NCBI RefSeq assembly: GCF_009914755.1
Contig: NC_060938.1
Length of the DNA: 64,000 nt
DNA from: the human T2T-CHM13v2.0 reference genome, Homo sapiens
Strand: one strand, 5' to 3'
Within the stretch, counting starts at the first letter, position 1. Each line of letters begins with the position of its first letter. Made by a program: the position numbers and the translations under genes. The notes beneath the pieces were generated by a model. That model was not told where the DNA came from. It saw only the letters and a program-made list of their open reading frames with translations, and made no database searches. This document shows positions 57,795 to 64,000 of the stretch, piece by piece.

Positions 57795-60700
57795 CTGCAG
57801 AGGGAAGAGCAGTGACAGTGTCAGCCACAGCCTCCCAGGATGCCCCGAACATCAGCACAAGTGTAAGAAAAGGGGCTCCAAGGGCCTTCGGTCCCACCAC
57901 CTCATATCACAGGGACAGGCCCCAAGTCACAGAGCAGCATTGGTGAGGCAGGAGCCAGGACTTTTGGGGAGCTGCCAGGAGGGCAGGAGAATCAGCTGCA
58001 TCTCCCAGGGCACTGTGACTCTCTTGTCCCACCACCTCACCCTCCTGGTTCCGCTCCAGGACTGCCTGCATCTGTCTGTGTTATTTGTGCACTGCATAGG
58101 CACATTCTAAGGCACAGGTGGAGCTGACATCCAGCCCAAGCCCCTCCAGCCCAGCTGAGAAAGAGGCAGCAAAAGCCACACTGGCTCCCCTCTCCTCTTA
58201 CCCAGGCCCTAGCCCCCTGGGCAGCCAGGCCTAGTCCTCCTGGCACACATCTGTCTATGCAGGAGCCTCCCACCAGACCCAGAAGGATCTTTGTCCAGCC
58301 AGTGCCTCCTCTGACACTCCAAGCACATCTCAGGCTCGGGAAGTGGAGAGGACAGGGTCATTCCCGACGTGGCCACTCCTCCTGTGCAGCCCCAGAGTCA
58401 GGAGCTCCAACAGACCCTTGTAGAGTCAGGGGCCCAGGGTCAGGCTCACCAAGGCCTGCAGGTAAGGCCCCAGAAGGGTGTGTGCAGTCCTAGCCCCACC
58501 CCTGGGAAGAGCTGCTGGGTGGGGCTGTGGCTGCCAGAGTCTTTCCCAAACTAGCACAGAACCTGTTTTGCAACCCTGGCAGGGTGGAGGCAGGATCCAG
58601 GCCAAGAGCTGGTCAGCAGCTGACCCCGCCCCTGCCTGACCCCTGCCCCTTCCACTGCCGAAGAGCCCCTGGCAAATAGTGTAACTCAGATCGTAGAGGG
58701 TGCAGATTGCTAGAACTCAGTTCCAGAAGGTTTCTCCACGATAATGTCATGACTTAAGTACACAGTTTTTCCATTTTTGTTTCGTAACTTGATTTTTTAA
58801 AGCAGTCGCTACAGAACAGAATCTAGACCTGTATTTTATAGCATAGCTGCTTGCATGTATTTTTCAAGACTTTTCTTTCCCTCAGAGTGATGTTTGGGTT
58901 TTGTTTTTTTCCTGGGAAGTTGGTGGGGGTGGGAGCTACATAGCCCACCTCTTTCCCCAGTAAGATTCTGGTCCCTAGGAAGAGGGGAAAACAGCTCGGG
59001 CGGCTCTGAAGAGGAAATCTCAGGCCCTAGATGCTACAGGTCATTGTTAGCAACCCCAGCCGCTCCCAGGAAACCAGCCAGCAGCAGCGGAGGGCAGGGC
59101 TGGGCGGGCACAGGGTCCCGACTATACCCAGTTTGCAGTTCGGCCCACCCCCAGCACCAGGAATGCCCCTCCCAGGCTATCGCTCCTCTGCAGGCTTCCG
59201 CAGCTCCCCAGCCCCTGTGCTCCTGGAGCCTGCCTGCCTCCTGCCCGCCTGCGTGACTCACTGAGGGCCCCCTCCCTATCTTTCACTTTCACCCAGCACC
59301 CAGAAGGGGAGTAATTTCCTCCTCCATTTCCTTCCTCAGCTCCTGGGCCTTGAAGAGAGTAAGAGACCCTCCTCGTGTGCAGCCTTTGTCTTTTCATATA
59401 TGAAGCTGGAGGGAGGGAGAGGCACAGAGACTAGGAGGGCATCCAAGTCACCCTCACCCCCAGCAAGAGGGGAGTGGGGGGATTTGGACAAGAAGTGCAG
59501 AGCTGCGGGCTGCAGAAACAACCTTTCTCTTGCTTTTAAACCCGCATTCCCTGACAGCCAACCTAATTCAGAGCAGGAACCCAAAAGCTAAACCCTGCAC
59601 TGAAAATCACCCTGGGCACCCCCATGAAGCTGCAGGGTGGGACTGTCTGGCTCCGCCTCTCCGAGGGAACATCAAGCCCACAGAACTAGAAGTGCGTGTC
59701 TGCAGAAGCAAGACAGAGAAAGGAAGAATGTGCGCCAGCCTGGCAAGCCCACGTGCCTCCAGGGGGCTGCGAGCCCCTCCAGTGGGCGCTCACACACACT
59801 CACGCCTCCCTTCATCACAGCCCTGTCTCCTTGTGAGCCACAGCACGGGCTTGAGGCCTGGAGCAAGGGAAGGTCCACGTGGCGGGTGGGCCTGGATGCA
59901 CGTGCCAGTGTGAACCTGATGGAGGGGTGCGCCCCCTCCATGGGGATGGCTGCTCAGAAGGAGATGAGGCGGGGCCTGCGGCTCCAGGACAAGCCTGCTT
60001 CTGCCCAGGGCAGGGGCCAGAGGCCAGATGCAGGTCTTACAGGGGCTTACCCACAGCTGTATGGTCAGCCCTGGAGGAGCTGAGCTCAGCTGGGAAGCCT
60101 CCCACTCCCACCCTGCACATCAAGGAGGGCCATCATTCAGGATACCACAGCAGCCTCTGAAGCTCAGACAGGGACTTGCTTTGAAGAAATCAGGGGGCCT
60201 GGTTTGGGGAAGGCTGAATCACCCCAGAAACTTCTTGCTGCAGAGGCCTCCCTGTCACCCTCACCGAAGAGCTAAGGGTGCCAGGGGCACAGACAGTCAG
60301 GCCTGGGACCCTCAGAGAAGAAAGGTCATCGGCTGGGGGTGGGGAGAAGAGTGGAAGATACTGGCAGCCTGGGAGGAAGGGTGAAGAGGCACACCTAGGC
60401 AGCAGGGCACTAAGTAGTCATAGGAGTAATGATGATGGTGATGGTGCACCCGTGCCAGGCAGATCCTACGTGCTTTATATCCTTTAAATTCCCACCATGG
60501 CCTTATAAGGCAGGAGTTGCGATTTTAACCTCTATTTACAGGTTAGCTAGATGAGGCTCAGAGGAGCTAAGTAAGTTGCCTACGGTCACACAGTCATTAT
60601 GTTGCAGAGCCAAGACTGGAACCCAGATCTGTCTGACTCTAAGATCAAGCTCTTCTTCCTTATCCCCAAGATATGCCACTAAGACCCCAGACCCCTCTTC

Positions 60701-63700
60701 ATACACCTCCCTTCCACAGCACACTCTACACCACCTCCAAGCAAGGATTTTCTAGACACAGATATCAGATATCCCTTCTCATTGGCACTGGGAAGCCCCT
60801 TACCCCTGCCTGAACCTTTGGCAGGTACTCTCTCCCATTCTCCCCAAATACAGCTGAGACCCTTGGCCTTCCAGGAAGGGAGAGCAGGAAAAGGTCTCAC
60901 CACAGAGGGGTCAGCAGATGTGTGAGGTCTACCTGCAGGGAGGCCTGAAACACTTCCTCCTGCACTGGCCACTCTAGCCCCCGATCTAGGCCTGGACTCT
61001 CCAGCTCCTGCAACCCCACCCCGGGCTCAGTTGCTGCTGGTGGTGCCTCCAGCTCTCAGACCCCATGGGCTTCTCCCAGCCTGCAACTCGGGGTCAGGAC
61101 TGCGCCACTTCCTCTCATTTCTTCTACCCCACCCCCGCTGCCCTGTCCCTCAGATGGAAATCAAACTGCCCTTCCTCACAGTGAGGAAGAGGAAGGACGA
61201 CACCTCCAAAGGCTGCTGACCTGTGGGCCTAGTCCCTGAGATTGCAGGGAAGAGGATGTCATGAGGAACTCCTGCCAGCAGCTCAGCCCTGGGACCAGCT
61301 GCAGGGCCTCTGACAACGGATGCAGGAACACTGCAAAAGGAAACCCACAGTCACCACGGGGCCCCAGACACGGCAACCCGCCCTGTCAGTCTGTTTGACT
61401 GTCACGCTCTATTCACTTTTCCCTTCCTCCAGGCTCCTCTCTGCAGCAACCAATCCTTGACCAGACCCACAGGTACCCCTGGGCCAAAGACAAGGCAACA
61501 ATCAAGACCAAGGCCTGGGACCTAGCAGGCTTTCAGGAAGTTCTATGGTGAGTAGCACTTACTCTCTATAGAAGAAAGCAGTGTGCACCAGGAAAAAAAA
61601 ATAAAAAACAGTGCTGACCCCACATATATGTTTTGCAGACACATGAGGGGAAGGTGCTGGAAAGGCCTTTGGGTGTTCAATGCTGATGGTGACACCAGCT
61701 CTCCTGGGATGTCAGCTCAAACACACACTGCTCCCCAAATGCCATCGGCAGCCCAGCTGCACACCCAACACTGGCTGGCTGACCCCAGGAGAAGCCAGAG
61801 AGCCATCACCACAGGGCAAGGGGCCAGACTGTGGCCACTGTGGGACCAGGGCCACTCACCAGTCTGCTTGGGGCAATCAGTGTGTCCATTTGAGAAAAAA
61901 GACTATTGTGAGTCAAGGCCACACAGACCAGGGAGGAGATGCCAAGTTGATCTCAGCAGCTGCGGGGGCTCAGCTCTGACCTGGGGATAACAGCTGACCC
62001 GAGGGCCCCCTGCCCTTGGAGGCTAATGCTCCAAGCTCCCACTCTTATAGCCTGGGCAGGCCCCACAAGCTCAGCACTAGGAAGAGGGGAGTCAAAGATC
62101 ATGGGTCTGTCACCCAAGGGCAAGACAGGCCCAAACTGAGTCTCCAGGCGAGTCAGTTCTCTGAGCTGTCTTAGGACAAAGTCTAAACTCCCTGCCCTGT
62201 CCACAAGTCCCTGCAGACCTTGGCTCCTGCCACCTCTCTCGACAGTCTGTGCTTGAGCCAGGGCCTCCAACGTGTTCTTCTCGCTTTGCTTCCAGGTCTT
62301 TGGCCAGGCTGTACCCCTTCCTAGGACACCTTCTCACTCTTTTCATCAGGCCAGGTCCTATTAATCCTTCAGGTTGCAGACACTGCTTCCACTGGGAAAC
62401 CTGACCCCAGAGCTGAGACAGGAGCTGAACTACAAGCCCCTATAACACACTGTATATGGCACACTAAATCCCAGGTGCCTGCTTTGTCATCCCCAGCAGA
62501 CAGCAGGCTCCACGGGGCAGGGTTGGCAGACCGTTGTACCTTGGCACTTGGTTTGTATCTGCCTGTCAGGATGCTCATTCAAGACTGCGCCCAAGGTGAG
62601 TCAGAGCCACACCTGGGCAGAGGCGACACAGCCCGCATTCCTGCCCTGGGCTCCTGCCTGCTCCTGACTTCTGGGCTCTCTGGTGCACATGAGAGCTCCT
62701 CAAGATGCTGGGATGAAGTGAAAAGGCCCAGCCCGGGATCCCACCCTACCCCTGGCCCCAGGCCCTCTACACCTATGTGGAACACAAGTCCTTCTCCCTG
62801 CTGGCCCACAAGCCACCTGCCCTTGACTGTCACCTGCTGCCCCACAACACATGCAGGCCAACTGGAAAAGTGCCAGCTCCACTGTTGCCCTCCACCCCAC
62901 TTTTCTAGGCTTCTACCCCCACCTAGACAGTGGCCAGGGACACAAGCCTGTGGGTCTGTTTACCTCATGCCCTGACATGGCTGGACCTCAAGACACTAAG
63001 GTCTGGCCAGGATGCCAGGGAGCCATAACAAGTCCCTGCCACCCCCACCAGAGGAGCACAGCATGGCCCAGCTGGCCCCCTCATCTGGGCTCACATCCTG
63101 AAAAGCTCTCTCAGACATTCTGGGGTCTCCAGCTATAGCCAGACTCGGTAAATGGCCTGGAACTGCCATCTTGGGCCAGCTAGAGTTGCCCAGGCCCTAG
63201 ACAAACCTTCCCTCTGGACCCCATCTGCAATGCTACATGCACCCCCACCAACTGGGACTTCACACAAAGGCCAGTGTACCCCATTTCTGCAAGCCACTGG
63301 ACACATAAGCACTATTCTCAAGGGGTTTGCAAACAAGGAGGCTCTGATACAACAGACGTGGATCTGACTCCCACAAGTGTCATTTTCCCTGGGAGCATGA
63401 GAGAGCAGGCAAGAGGCCCTATGGTCGGCCCATTCCCAATCCAGACAGTCCCTGGACCATCACTTCTCTGGACTGAACTTCAGCTCTGAAAAGCAGAGCC
63501 CAGGCCAACAGGCCAGAGAGTCACGAGTCCCAGGGGTCTCAGCCATCAAGCTGCTCAGGATCAGAAGCTTGGCCAGGGTTCAAGCTGCCTGAAGTTTGAG
63601 CTTACACAGTAAAAATGCCAACCACTGAGATGCTTTTAAAGGGATGTGTAAGAGAGGAATCCTTTCAGGGCTTATGAGGCACTCTCAGGGCTCCGTCCAG

Positions 63701-64000
63701 TCTTCTACCTTGATTGCCTCCCTCCCCCATAGCCCCACAAATGCCCACAGGGTGTCCATGGGAAGCTGGGATAGCCAGGTTTGTTTTGCCAGGGGTGGGG
63801 GAGGTGGGGGCTGCTAATGCAGAGAGAAAACAGTCATGAGCAAAGCCAGAAAAGGATTAAGCCTCCAGGCTCAGCTTTTGCCTGCACTGAAGGGACTGCC
63901 TGCCTTCCTCCTAGGCAAAGGCCACGAAGAGTCACAGGCAGCCCTGGAAAACCCATTCCAACAGGACCCAGGGATCCCAGCAGGAGTAGGGTAGAAGCAG

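Overview
Primate DNA, almost certainly human (the DNAL1-PNMA1-MIDEAS locus, recognised from the encoded proteins). Left to right: (1) the last three coding exons of DNAL1 on + (4788-4914, 6904-7044, 13438-13478) and a long Alu-rich 3' UTR; (2) a structurally complete but coding-defective 5.9-kb HERV-H provirus on + (20875-26751; two LTR7-family LTRs, ATAAC target-site duplication, tRNA-His PBS, PPT, decayed gag/pro/pol, env mostly deleted); (3) the intronless Ty3/Gypsy gag-derived gene PNMA1 on - (CDS 30114-31175) with a CpG-island promoter; (4) all 12 coding exons of MIDEAS/ELMSAN1 on - (57547 to 36382, 1099 aa). About 40 Alus plus L1, Tigger, MER and MADE fragments account for most other ORF-track calls. 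Most notable: the HERV-H 5' LTR is placed to act as the DNAL1 poly(A) site behind a UTR full of inverted Alus; the final MIDEAS intron splits a C2H2 zinc finger and carries a stop-containing tandem donor (1045 vs 1099 aa); an AluY-L1 chimeric insertion sits under one TSD; the provirus shows G-to-A hypermutation; PNMA1 and MIDEAS leaders each carry two uORFs; and there is a speculative HERV-H-driven antisense route across PNMA1. No wholly new gene system is demonstrable from sequence alone. Repeat boundaries are by eye and approximate.
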